NCBI GenBank assembly: GCA_022710935.1
Contig: JAKLFY010000005.1
Span: 14,087-78,086 of the forward strand
DNA from: Verrucomicrobiota bacterium
GTDB lineage: Bacteria > Verrucomicrobiota > Verrucomicrobiia > Limisphaerales > J093
Length of the DNA: 64,000 nt
Direction of reading: 5' to 3'
Below the pieces are notes generated by a model. The model saw only the letters and a program-made list of their open reading frames with translations. It made no database searches and was not told where the DNA came from. Both the position numbers and the translations under genes were made by a program. Positions 47,793-55,841 of the stretch are shown here, in pieces. Within the stretch, counting starts at the first letter, position 1, and each line of letters begins with the position of its first letter.

Positions 47793-49750
47793 ATCAGTCG
47801 ACGAGAGCGGGTAGCAATGCGCTCGTCCCGACGTTTGTCATAGACGGCGGCGTCCACCAACTCGATCACGTATTGGACCGGTTCGCGTTCGCCCAGCAGC
47901 GAAACCATCTGCGCCCCCACCGTTGTCTTCATGCCGGCGGTCACGCTCCGGGTGCCTTCCAGGCGCACTTCCGGCTGGTGCGTGAAGATCTGGGTGAGTT
48001 TCTCGTTTAGAACTTTCCGCAGGTCGCGGTCGAACACGTTGATCTTGCCCTTGGCGGCTTCCATCTCCGCCACGGCTTCGCTCATGAAGCGGAGCTTGCC
48101 GTCCACTTCGTTCAGGTGGACCGCCTTCTCCTCCATCAGACGCGTGACCGCAGCTTTCACCGATTCCATTTGGGAAGGAGCATCCACCCGGGGATGCAGC
48201 AGTGCGCCCACGTTCTCGCGGCTGATCGGGAAGTCGTCGAGCACCTGCAGCACGGCGATCACCTTGGCCACCTTCACTTCAAAGGAATCTCCGCTGAACG
48301 CCTTCTCAGCGCGGGCGACGCCATCAACGACATGTTTGAAGGAGCGTTGGATGTCGAGGCGCAGCGTGTCGTAGAACGTAATCGTGGTGGCCAACTCGCC
48401 GGCAGATGCGTCCGCCAGCAGTGCCTGACCGGAGCGCAAGCCGCTCTGATCCACCAGCACATCCTGGATGACCTTGATGGCGGACCGCAGGCCGATGCCG
48501 CCGCTCGTCTTCGCCAGGCGGCCAAGCAATTCCAGCAGGATGTCGAAGTGCTGCGGCAGGAACGGATAGAGCCGGCGGAATTCGTCTTTTTCCAAGGCCG
48601 ATTTGTAGTAGCGAGTGCCGGTTAGTTGCGTGTGATGTTTCAGCGCCGGGCCGTGCGTGTCGAAAAGGACAGCCAGGGTCTTGTCGCCCTCCGCCGACTT
48701 GGTCAGCAGCCGGTTGTAGCAGATCTCCCGGATGTCACTCGCCTCCAGGTCCACGCGAATGGGAAAGCGATCCGACAGCTTGAACAGTTTGGCGGAATTG
48801 AACCGGGCATTTGGATCGTCCTCGGTCAGGGTCTGTTGTGCCGTGGCGACCAGCCAGACCTTGCCGCCGCCGAGGTGTTTGACGTTCTTGGCCAGTCCGT
48901 CGAGGTTCAGGATAAGGTTGTCCCGTGCGGCGATGTATTGGCCGACCTCGTCGAGAATGAAGATGATGTTCGGTTTACCTGAGCGTCGGCGGACCAGTTC
49001 CAACATCTCCGCCACACGCTCGTTTTCCTTCTCGGCTTCGTCCACGCGCAACTTCTGGAATGCCGTCGCGTCGGGAAACACCTCGGGATAGAACTCGTGG
49101 GCCAACCGGGACGCGAATTGGTTGACGACCAGCGGCTGATTCTGAATCTGTTTCCACGTCTTGCCCTTGGACAACTCGACAATGCGTTTCTCGAATGCCT
49201 CCATTTTGCCATCCTTCTCCAGCATGAACTGGAGATAGGCGACCTTCTTGTCCTTCGAGTAGCCCGCCCACTGCATGACTGTCCAGTAGAGCACGGTGGA
49301 GATTTCCACCATCGTTGCGCCGGCGATCTGGGCGCTGGCCAGGTCCACCATGATGACCGTCGCCGGATAGCGTTTGGCCAAGGCACCGAGCTGTGCTTTG
49401 AGTGCCGCGGACTTTAGCTGTGCCTGCAGCCATTCGAGAAATGGCCGTTCGTCCACGGCACGAGAGGGATCAAGCGCAAATCCCAGATACTTCGTGAAGG
49501 AACTCTTGCCCGATCCGTAAAAGCCGGACACCCAGACACCGATTTCGTGTGCGCCGCCGCCAAGGCCGTCGTTCAGGTGCGACAAGAGGCGGTCGAAACT
49601 CCTGGCGATGTTGTCGGTGACGACATATTCGGTGACTTCCCGCTTGAGCTGGTCATTCTCGGTGCTGTCGAACGAAATGACCTTTTCGATTCGCCGGTCC
49701 AGACTGCGGCTGATTTCAAACAGGTCGCGTATTTTGCTCATGGGTGTCAT
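47789..49750 (-). CDS. brxC: BREX P-loop protein BrxC/PglY, N-terminal ATPase half only (653 aa)
   Basis: N-terminus KIRDLFEISRSLDRRIEKVISF....EYVVTDNIARSF and Walker A GVWVSGFYGSGKSSFTKYLG are typical of BrxC (DUF499). Walker B IIFILDEVGQY. From memory, canonical BrxC is about 1200 aa. Confidence 0.8.
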   Translation of the reverse strand: MTPMSKIRDLFEISRSLDRRIEKVISFDSTENDQLKREVTEYVVTDNIARSFDRLLSHLNDGLGGGAHEIGVWVSGFYGSGKSSFTKYLGFALDPSRAVDERPFLEWLQAQLKSAALKAQLGALAKRYPATVIMVDLASAQIAGATMVEISTVLYWTVMQWAGYSKDKKVAYLQFMLEKDGKMEAFEKRIVELSKGKTWKQIQNQPLVVNQFASRLAHEFYPEVFPDATAFQKLRVDEAEKENERVAEMLELVRRRSGKPNIIFILDEVGQYIAARDNLILNLDGLAKNVKHLGGGKVWLVATAQQTLTEDDPNARFNSAKLFKLSDRFPIRVDLEASDIREICYNRLLTKSAEGDKTLAVLFDTHGPALKHHTQLTGTRYYKSALEKDEFRRLYPFLPQHFDILLELLGRLAKTSGGIGLRSAIKVIQDVLVDQSGLRSGQALLADASAGELATTITFYDTLRLDIQRSFKHVVDGVARAEKAFSGDSFEVKVAKVIAVLQVLDDFPISRENVGALLHPRVDAPSQMESVKAAVTRLMEEKAVHLNEVDGKLRFMSEAVAEMEAAKGKINVFDRDLRKVLNEKLTQIFTHQPEVRLEGTRSVTAGMKTTVGAQMVSLLGEREPVQYVIELVDAAVYDKRRDERIATRSRRLI

Positions 49751-50331
49751 CCTCCAATGTGGACCGACCGGTAGTTCCCGTCGGGCGGATAGAAGCCGAG
49801 AAATCTCAGCGTGGTTTTTCCGTCACGGACTCCGGGATACAGAATCACGGTCGGGACGGTAAACTTGCCTTGGAGCTTTTGCTCCAGGACGCCGACGCGC
49901 AGATAAGGATGCAGGGCTTCCAGATCGGTGATGAAGAGCACGGTTTGCGCGCGGCCCCGGAGCGACTCCAGCCTGGTCTCGATCTTCCGCTTCAGAAGCT
50001 CATCGGCCGTCAGGGCGTCCTCCAGCGTCTTGTTGATCTCGGTCACGGACTCCCGGTCACACACAGTGTTCGCCGGGCTCGACAACCACACGTCGCGCAG
50101 TTCGTTGCTGCGGAAAATCTCCAGAACGGTGGCGGCCATCGACATCGTTTCCATGGTCCATCCCTGCTTGGCGAGCCGGGCCGCCCACTGTTTCTGCAGC
50201 CGTTTGATTTCGAGCATCTGCTCGGGCTTGAACACCAGGTAGTAAACGGGATCGTCGCCCGTGTTGGTCAGGCCGCGGCCCGCACGCAACCGCTGCCACA
50301 ATTCTTCAAAACTTTCACTGGGCGACGACAT
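49747..50331 (-). CDS. brxB: BREX protein BrxB (DUF1788-like)
   Basis: 194 aa from ATG 50331. DDPVYYLVFKPEQMLEIKR...ILYPGVRDGKTTLRFLGFYPPDGNYR is the typical DUF1788 pattern. The stop overlaps the brxC start (ATGA). Confidence 0.75.
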   Translation of the reverse strand: MSSPSESFEELWQRLRAGRGLTNTGDDPVYYLVFKPEQMLEIKRLQKQWAARLAKQGWTMETMSMAATVLEIFRSNELRDVWLSSPANTVCDRESVTEINKTLEDALTADELLKRKIETRLESLRGRAQTVLFITDLEALHPYLRVGVLEQKLQGKFTVPTVILYPGVRDGKTTLRFLGFYPPDGNYRSVHIGG

Positions 50332-51103
50332 CGAGAGATTCCTCCATTGTTTTGCACGCCCACGAAATCCGCACGATATCCCCGACCTGAACGATGAAAC
50401 GTCCCTGTCCGGAGAGTCGGCGCAGCTCATTTAGGACGTCGGACGACGAGAGCCCAAACAGCTCCCAATCCATGTGGGTCAAAATCATGGCGTCGTTCAC
50501 GCCGGAGAAATGCAGTTCGTGTGCGAGGTAGGTGATCGTGCTGGCCGAAGGGGTAAACGGGAGGATGGGACGACGATCGCCCTGCGGGTCGCCCAGCATT
50601 TTGAAATCGCACAACGCGGTCAGCAGATAGCGGCCGATTCGGATGTTGTTGCCTTCCGTCCACCGCGTCTTGATCCGTCCGTTGGCTTGTGCGGACTTGA
50701 TGAAGTTCACCGAATCTTCACGGAATAGGAACTGAGCCCCGGCAGAGTAGCGGGGCCAGTAAACCTCGCGGATGAAATCGTAGAGGATCAGATGCTCACG
50801 GGCGGTGTAGAGCAGAAACAGTTGATTTAGACGGTCGAGGTTGACGCCGCGCTGAACCAGAGGCCGAAGCCAGCATGCCGGACGGCCGCCTTCGCGCACA
50901 TATCGCGGCGCGAACCCGCGGCTGACAATGTCAGAAACACGCTGGGATGTGGCTTTCGGAATCAATCCTTGGCTGCGGACTTTTTCCGCCAACTGCTGCG
51001 AACTCATTCCCGGCTCCCAAACCTGCAGCAGGCGAAGCGTCTCCGGAAGCATTCCCTGGCCTTTGCACAAACCTGTGTTGTATTCACGTTCCAGGCCGCT
51101 CAT
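50315..51103 (-). CDS. brxA: BREX protein BrxA (DUF1819-like)
   Basis: Position directly upstream of brxB. The LFLLYTAREHLILYDFIREVYWPRY pattern is typical of DUF1819. The start overlaps the upstream stop. Confidence 0.7.
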   Translation of the reverse strand: MSGLEREYNTGLCKGQGMLPETLRLLQVWEPGMSSQQLAEKVRSQGLIPKATSQRVSDIVSRGFAPRYVREGGRPACWLRPLVQRGVNLDRLNQLFLLYTAREHLILYDFIREVYWPRYSAGAQFLFREDSVNFIKSAQANGRIKTRWTEGNNIRIGRYLLTALCDFKMLGDPQGDRRPILPFTPSASTITYLAHELHFSGVNDAMILTHMDWELFGLSSSDVLNELRRLSGQGRFIVQVGDIVRISWACKTMEESLDVVAQ

Positions 51104-51594
51104 GCAAAATAAGGGAAGACCCGTGTGCCCGAGCGGAAGCCGGCTGCGTAGGTCGCCGCCAAACGCGCCATGCCGCCCTGCGTGTCCGTTTCCTTTAACG
51201 GGCCGATGTGGATCGGGCCGGTGCCAGGCATCGGTTTTGCTTCTGCCGCCACAGCGTCAAGCAACTGCAAAGCAGCATCCCACGTGCACATCCTCTGGAG
51301 TTCTGGGATTCCCAGCCTGGAAAGACCGACTCGCACTTTCGCCTCACTCTCACGGGGGAGACGGAACAGGTGGGCGACGCGCCCTTTGCCTATTCGCTCG
51401 TCGTGCGCGCGACACGCGGCCTCCGAGGCGGCGTTTACTGCCGCCCAAGCCGCCGTCTTCGGGTAAACCAACTCCAGATACCTGAAGCCAACGGCATTGA
51501 GGAACGCGGTCTCCCACCAACCGGCCGCCGTTTTCTCGCCGAGGTGCGCGACCGCGATTCGGAGGGCGCAGGCCATGGTGTCGTGCCTTTGCAT
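51100..51594 (-). CDS. hypothetical protein, possibly BrxE-like
   Basis: 164 aa, first gene of the operon, ATGA-coupled to brxA. The motifs HLGEKTAAGWWETAF and VAHLFRLPRESE resemble my recollection of BrxE-family proteins. Not verifiable here. Confidence 0.45.
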   Translation of the reverse strand: MQRHDTMACALRIAVAHLGEKTAAGWWETAFLNAVGFRYLELVYPKTAAWAAVNAASEAACRAHDERIGKGRVAHLFRLPRESEAKVRVGLSRLGIPELQRMCTWDAALQLLDAVAAEAKPMPGTGPIHIGPLKETDTQGGMARLAATYAAGFRSGTRVFPYFA

Positions 51595-51597
51595 CGT

Positions 51598-52100
51598 CTA
51601 TTGCTGCTTCAGGAATGTCCCGAGCTCGGCGTCCTGGCTGGTCGTCGAAGCGCTCGTGGGATACAGCACAGTTGTCTGGATTCCCCGACCCGAGCCGCGC
51701 CGCCGCACATGCTCCAGGCAAAGACGATGCAGCTCAGGCTCTTGCCAGACCCCGTGCCGCTCGTGAGCACGTATGATTTCTGCTCCTTGGCCTTGCGGAT
51801 GCCGTCGGTCTGGTGCGCATGAAGCAGCAGTTGCTTGCCGGTAAGGTCGGATTGCGTCTTGTCCAGGCGGAAGACCTTGGCGCATTCGGGGTGGAGGGTT
51901 CCGTCTGTAACGAGGTCGTCGATGGTGCCGCCGGGTTGGAAGGTCGGATTGAGTTGAAGGAGGGGCTCGGGCCAGAACGCACCGGCTTCGAGCTCTGCCT
52001 CCACTTTGGCCAGGACCGCTGGGTCGGCGATCTTGATGAAGCTGCGCGTGTAGCGCGCGTAGTCGGTGACCAACCTCTGCCGCAGATCAAAGGCGTTCAT
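51598..52100 (-). pseudogene. 5' stump of a large DEAD/DEAH-box (YprA/DUF1998-type) helicase gene
   Basis: MNAFDLRQRLVTDYARYTRSFIKIADP...FWPEPLLQLNPTF...LLLHAHQTDGI...YVLTSGTGSGKSLSCIV. A frameshift near 51720 continues as LEHVRRRGSGRGIQTTVLYPTSASTTSQDAELGTFLKQQ (compare conserved LYPMNALANSQ). A stop at 51598 lies 3 nt before the first BREX-like gene. Confidence 0.7.
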
Positions 52101-52435
52101 GCCAGCGTTCTTGCACTGCAGTCCCTGCTTTTGTCCCAATCAGGAATCCCACTTGTGCCAGCAAACCCTGATTGTGACGGCGAGCCTACGCGGCCTTTTC
52201 CACGGAAACCAGAACAAATCCAGGTGCAGCCGGTCACGGTGAGGCATTGGCTGGACAGGGCCTCGCCGAGCGTCAGGTACGGCGCGGGGCCCGCATCCGG
52301 GCCGAGCAAGGGGAAGACGACGATGTTGCGGTGTCTCTGGGCCGGCCATTTGGATGATGGTCGGCGGTTGATGGTTGACGGACCGGGCTTTGGCCGTGGA
52401 CGGCGAAGAAGCGGTCCCGACCCCGGCCCCCGGCC

Positions 52436-52517
52436 CCCGATCTCCCATTTCCGAACTCCGATCTCCGAACTCCGATCTCCCATCTTCGATTTTCCATCTC
52501 CCATCTCCCATCTTCGC
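52436..52517. repeat. low-complexity direct-repeat tract
   Basis: CCGATCTCC occurs 3 times, CCGAACTCCGATCTC twice and CCATCTC 4 times. GTTGATGG-type repeats flank it at 52366-52376 and 52611-52640. Confidence 0.85.
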
Positions 52518-52693
52518 CTGCAAGTTTACGCGAGGGGGTGTGACATCTGTGGACACCCCCCCATACAAAGTTTTGGCAGAATTGCAGTGGGTGGCGGCCT
52601 TTGGGGAACGGGTTGATGGCGGATGGTTGATGGTTGATGGGCAACTGGTTGAACGTTGGAAGTTGAGCGTTGCACGTTGAGCGTTAAGTATTT

Positions 52694-52763
52694 AGCCCGC
52701 ATTTCTCACCAACTCTTGATGTCATCTGATCGGTCAGCGTCACATTTCACCTGAAATGCGGGC
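52694..52763 (+). repeat. 70-nt palindromic REP-like element, copy 2
   Basis: AGCCCGCATTTCTCACC...CATTTCACCTGAAATGCGGGCT. It is the reverse-complement partner of 22897-22966, with about 64 of 70 positions identical by hand alignment. Confidence 0.85.
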
Positions 52764-52860
52764 TCATCAGAAACCCGCGCCCCAAACCGATGGACCCAAT
52801 CTCGACCACACTGTGTCCGCGTGCCCGCGTCACCCAAGCGGCTGGGGCGCGTCCTGGCGT

Positions 52861-52905
52861 TGCTGAACCGATCAGCCAATTCTCCTTGCTGGGCGCGGGT
52901 TTCAT
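52861..52905 (-). repeat. 45-nt dispersed repeat, copy 2
   Basis: Its reverse complement equals 33696-33740 except for one base. Confidence 0.9.
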
Positions 52906-52908
52906 AGA

Positions 52909-52972
52909 CCCGGAAATCTCACCCACGGACCGTCAGGAATCCTGGGACCGCCCCACTGGTGAGATTTCCGGG
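52909..52972. repeat. perfect 15-bp inverted repeat (hairpin) with a 34-nt loop
   Basis: CCCGGAAATCTCACC at 52909-52923 and GGTGAGATTTCCGGG at 52958-52972. The arm resembles the GGTGAGAAATGCGGG arm of the 70-nt element. Confidence 0.85.
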
Positions 52973-53161
52973 TTAGAGATTGAACCGCTAAACACGCGAA
53001 ATACGCGAAAGGGAACCAACGGCACCCCTGTAGTCGGGCCTTGACTCTCGGGGCCAATCATCCGTCTCATGGCGATGTTGAACACCTCGACGTCATCGGA
53101 CACGCGCGTGTGGCGTCATCCGAACAGCCTGCCAGCCGAGACAGTCCGGGAGGGCACGGCG

Positions 53162-54256
53162 ATGAGTCGTCTTCTCGAGTGGTGCGAGGGGCAGGAGGCG
53201 ACCGATCTGCATGCCCGGGCGGGGAAGCCTCTCACCGTGCGCGTCCATGGGCGGCTGGCGCGGGTGCCGCCCGATCTGTTTGCGCCGCCCACCGACGAGG
53301 GGCTGTGCCAGATGCTGCGGGAGACCTTCTCGCCCTCGACCTGCGTTCGGATCGAGCGGCAGCGCGAGTTGGATCTGAGTTTCTACCATGGCGCGCTGCG
53401 GTATCGCGCCAACTTCAGCAAGCAGATGGGGCGACAGTCGTTCTCGTTCCGGACCGTGCCTCAGCAGCGCCTGAGGTTGAAGGATCTCGGCCTTCCGGAA
53501 TCGTTGTTGTCGCTGGTGGACGAGCCGCGCGGGCTTGTGCTGGCGACGGGCCCGACCGGGCAGGGCAAGAGCACCACCCTGCGGGCCCTGATCCAGGAGA
53601 TCAACCAGACCCGGGCGATGCGGATCATCTCGATTGAAGACCCGGTCGAGTATGTGTTCACGGACGAGCTTTCCCAATTCGAGCAGCGGGAGGTGGGCAT
53701 CGACACCGCCTCGTTCGCCGACGGGATCCGCAACGCGGTCCGGCAGGATCCGGATGTGATTTTCGTGGGGGAGATTCGGGATCGGGAGAGCATCTTTGCG
53801 GCGATGCAGGCGGCGGAGACGGGGCATTTGGTGCTGACGACGCTGCACGCTGATTCGGTGGCCCAGGCGATCGCGCGCATCCGGGAGCACACCCCGGTCG
53901 CGGAGCAGGAGGGCATGAGCGCGCTGCTTGCCCGCAACACCAACGCGATCATCTGCCAGCGCCTGCTGCCCAATGTGCAGGGGACGCGGACGCCGTGCCT
54001 CGAGGTGATGCGGCGCAACCGGGGCGCGCAGGAAGCCATCGCGAACAACCAGCTCGAACTGTTGAGCGGAATCATCGAGACTGCGGTCAATGAAGGCATG
54101 CACACATTCGATCAATACCTGACCGAGTTGCTGGCCGCCGGCGTCGTCACGCAACAGACGGCCCTCGAATACGCGGTCAACCGGCATCGGCTCGAGATGG
54201 CGCTGCGCGGCTTCGCAAGCGCCCCACCCATCTTGCGCCGCGACGAAGACCGATAG
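53162..54256 (+). CDS. PilT/PilU-family type IV pilus retraction ATPase (second copy)
   Basis: ATDLHA, Walker A GPTGQGKSTT, IISIEDPVEYVF, VIFVGEIRD and TGHLVLTTLH. Start chosen by alignment to the first PilT. An upstream in-frame ATG exists at 53069. Confidence 0.85.
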   Translation: MSRLLEWCEGQEATDLHARAGKPLTVRVHGRLARVPPDLFAPPTDEGLCQMLRETFSPSTCVRIERQRELDLSFYHGALRYRANFSKQMGRQSFSFRTVPQQRLRLKDLGLPESLLSLVDEPRGLVLATGPTGQGKSTTLRALIQEINQTRAMRIISIEDPVEYVFTDELSQFEQREVGIDTASFADGIRNAVRQDPDVIFVGEIRDRESIFAAMQAAETGHLVLTTLHADSVAQAIARIREHTPVAEQEGMSALLARNTNAIICQRLLPNVQGTRTPCLEVMRRNRGAQEAIANNQLELLSGIIETAVNEGMHTFDQYLTELLAAGVVTQQTALEYAVNRHRLEMALRGFASAPPILRRDEDR

Positions 54257-54345
54257 GATCCTCGAACAATGAAGCGCGTTGCTCGCATGACACGTTGGGC
54301 GCCGCTCATGGATGCGGCGGGGGCGCGTCTCGACACATTGCTGCC

Positions 54346-55059
54346 ATGCTGACCCTTTTGCGATTCGTGCTGACTGTCGCGCTCCTGTACGGCCTGATGC
54401 GGGCGGCAAAGAACGCAGGGGAGAACCCGCAGGCGGGCGATCTCACGAACGCCTTCTGGATGGCGTATTGCGTCGTCGTCGGCATTTTTGCCGCCATCAC
54501 CTGGGCGCCCGTGGTGGGCAGCCGGATCGCCGAGCCCCTGACGGGCATCCTGACGGACAGCACCTATGTCGAACGCCCCAATTGGCTGCTGAAGCTGATC
54601 CGGTGGCTCGAGCGCAGGCGCTGTCGATTCCTCGTCCGATGGCTCTGTTTCATCGAGGGGATCCGGCATCCCTGGCTCCCGGCCCAATTCATCACGGGCC
54701 TGAACCACGCGCGGCCCGGATCGTGGCTCGAACTCGTCTTCGCGCGCGAGGTCTATCGGTTCAACAATCTCCAGAACTGCATGCAGGCGTTCCGTGTCTT
54801 GCGCGGACGCGGCGTCATGCCTCAACCGCATCCGAACACCGAGATCAACCTTGTGCTGATGTCGCTTGAAAAGGCCGCCAAACCGGATGCCGCAGTCCTC
54901 CCGGTTCCCGCGTCGTCAGCCCCACAACTCAAACGCAACCTGAGGATCCGGCTCGCCGCCGATGACCCGGCACCAGGGCCGACGCCGACGCCGCCCTCGT
55001 CATCGGCGACGTCCGGTTCGACCGACACCGAGCCGCCCAACCCGACTGATCGCGCATGA
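54346..55059 (+). CDS. hypothetical membrane protein
   Basis: Two N-terminal TM helices and a Pro/Ser-rich tail. The stop overlaps the next start (ATGA). Confidence 0.5.
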   Translation: MLTLLRFVLTVALLYGLMRAAKNAGENPQAGDLTNAFWMAYCVVVGIFAAITWAPVVGSRIAEPLTGILTDSTYVERPNWLLKLIRWLERRRCRFLVRWLCFIEGIRHPWLPAQFITGLNHARPGSWLELVFAREVYRFNNLQNCMQAFRVLRGRGVMPQPHPNTEINLVLMSLEKAAKPDAAVLPVPASSAPQLKRNLRIRLAADDPAPGPTPTPPSSSATSGSTDTEPPNPTDRA

Positions 55060-55673
55060 AAAAGGGTCTCTTCTGGGCGTTGCATCGCGCCGTCAAGGCG
55101 CTGTTCTGGTGCTTTTGGATTGCTGCGGCCGGCTTCCTCTACACGCAGCGCGCGGCCCTCGAACCCGCGGTGGATTTGACGGAGCTTTGGTGGAACCGGC
55201 CTTCGAATCGGCCGTCTGAATTGGGCCGCATCGAGGGGCGCGTCACCCGGCTTTTTGCCGCCGACAGTCTCCAACTGCGCGATGACAACGGCTGGCTGTT
55301 CAACTACGGCCTGGCGGGAGCCGCGGTTCCCAAGGTGAGCATGAACGCGACTTCGAACGACCGGTACGCGGCCGGGGCGGGCCTGACGAATGTGACTCGC
55401 CTGGTGCTCAACCAGCACGTGGCCATCGACGTCACGCTGGCCAATCCCCAGACCCGGACCGGACTGGGCCTGGTGCGAGTTGGCGGGACAAACGTGAACG
55501 AGACGCTGCTCCGCGACGGGTTGGCGCGCCTGAATCGGGACCAGATCCGCGTTCTGCCGCTTCTCGATCAGTACGCGCTGGTCCGCGCCGAACGACTGGC
55601 ACGACGGGAACGGATTGGTCTTTGGGCGCCTACCGCGGCCGAAGGGTTGCCCCCTGGGCCCGATGCCCAATAA
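55056..55673 (+). CDS. membrane-anchored thermonuclease (SNase)-like protein, catalytic residues not evident
   Basis: N-terminal TM helix, then GRVTRLFAADSLQLRDDNGWLFNYGLAGAAVP...NVNETLLRDGLARL...RAERLARRERIGLW. This follows the SNase pattern, but the GIDAPE-type motif reads GLAGAAVP. Confidence 0.5.
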   Translation: MKKGLFWALHRAVKALFWCFWIAAAGFLYTQRAALEPAVDLTELWWNRPSNRPSELGRIEGRVTRLFAADSLQLRDDNGWLFNYGLAGAAVPKVSMNATSNDRYAAGAGLTNVTRLVLNQHVAIDVTLANPQTRTGLGLVRVGGTNVNETLLRDGLARLNRDQIRVLPLLDQYALVRAERLARRERIGLWAPTAAEGLPPGPDAQ

Positions 55674-55841
55674 CCCGCCGCGCGCGGGCTTGCAGCCACA
55701 CGTCCGTGCTCGCCGCAGCCTCGGTCACGGCGGATCGGATGTCTGCCCTCCGGGGGGGATCAGTCCACTCCCAAAGAGGGGGTGCTATCTGACTCTTGCC
55801 TTCTGGACCGGCCCCATTACGATGCCGCGCCAAATCACGCG

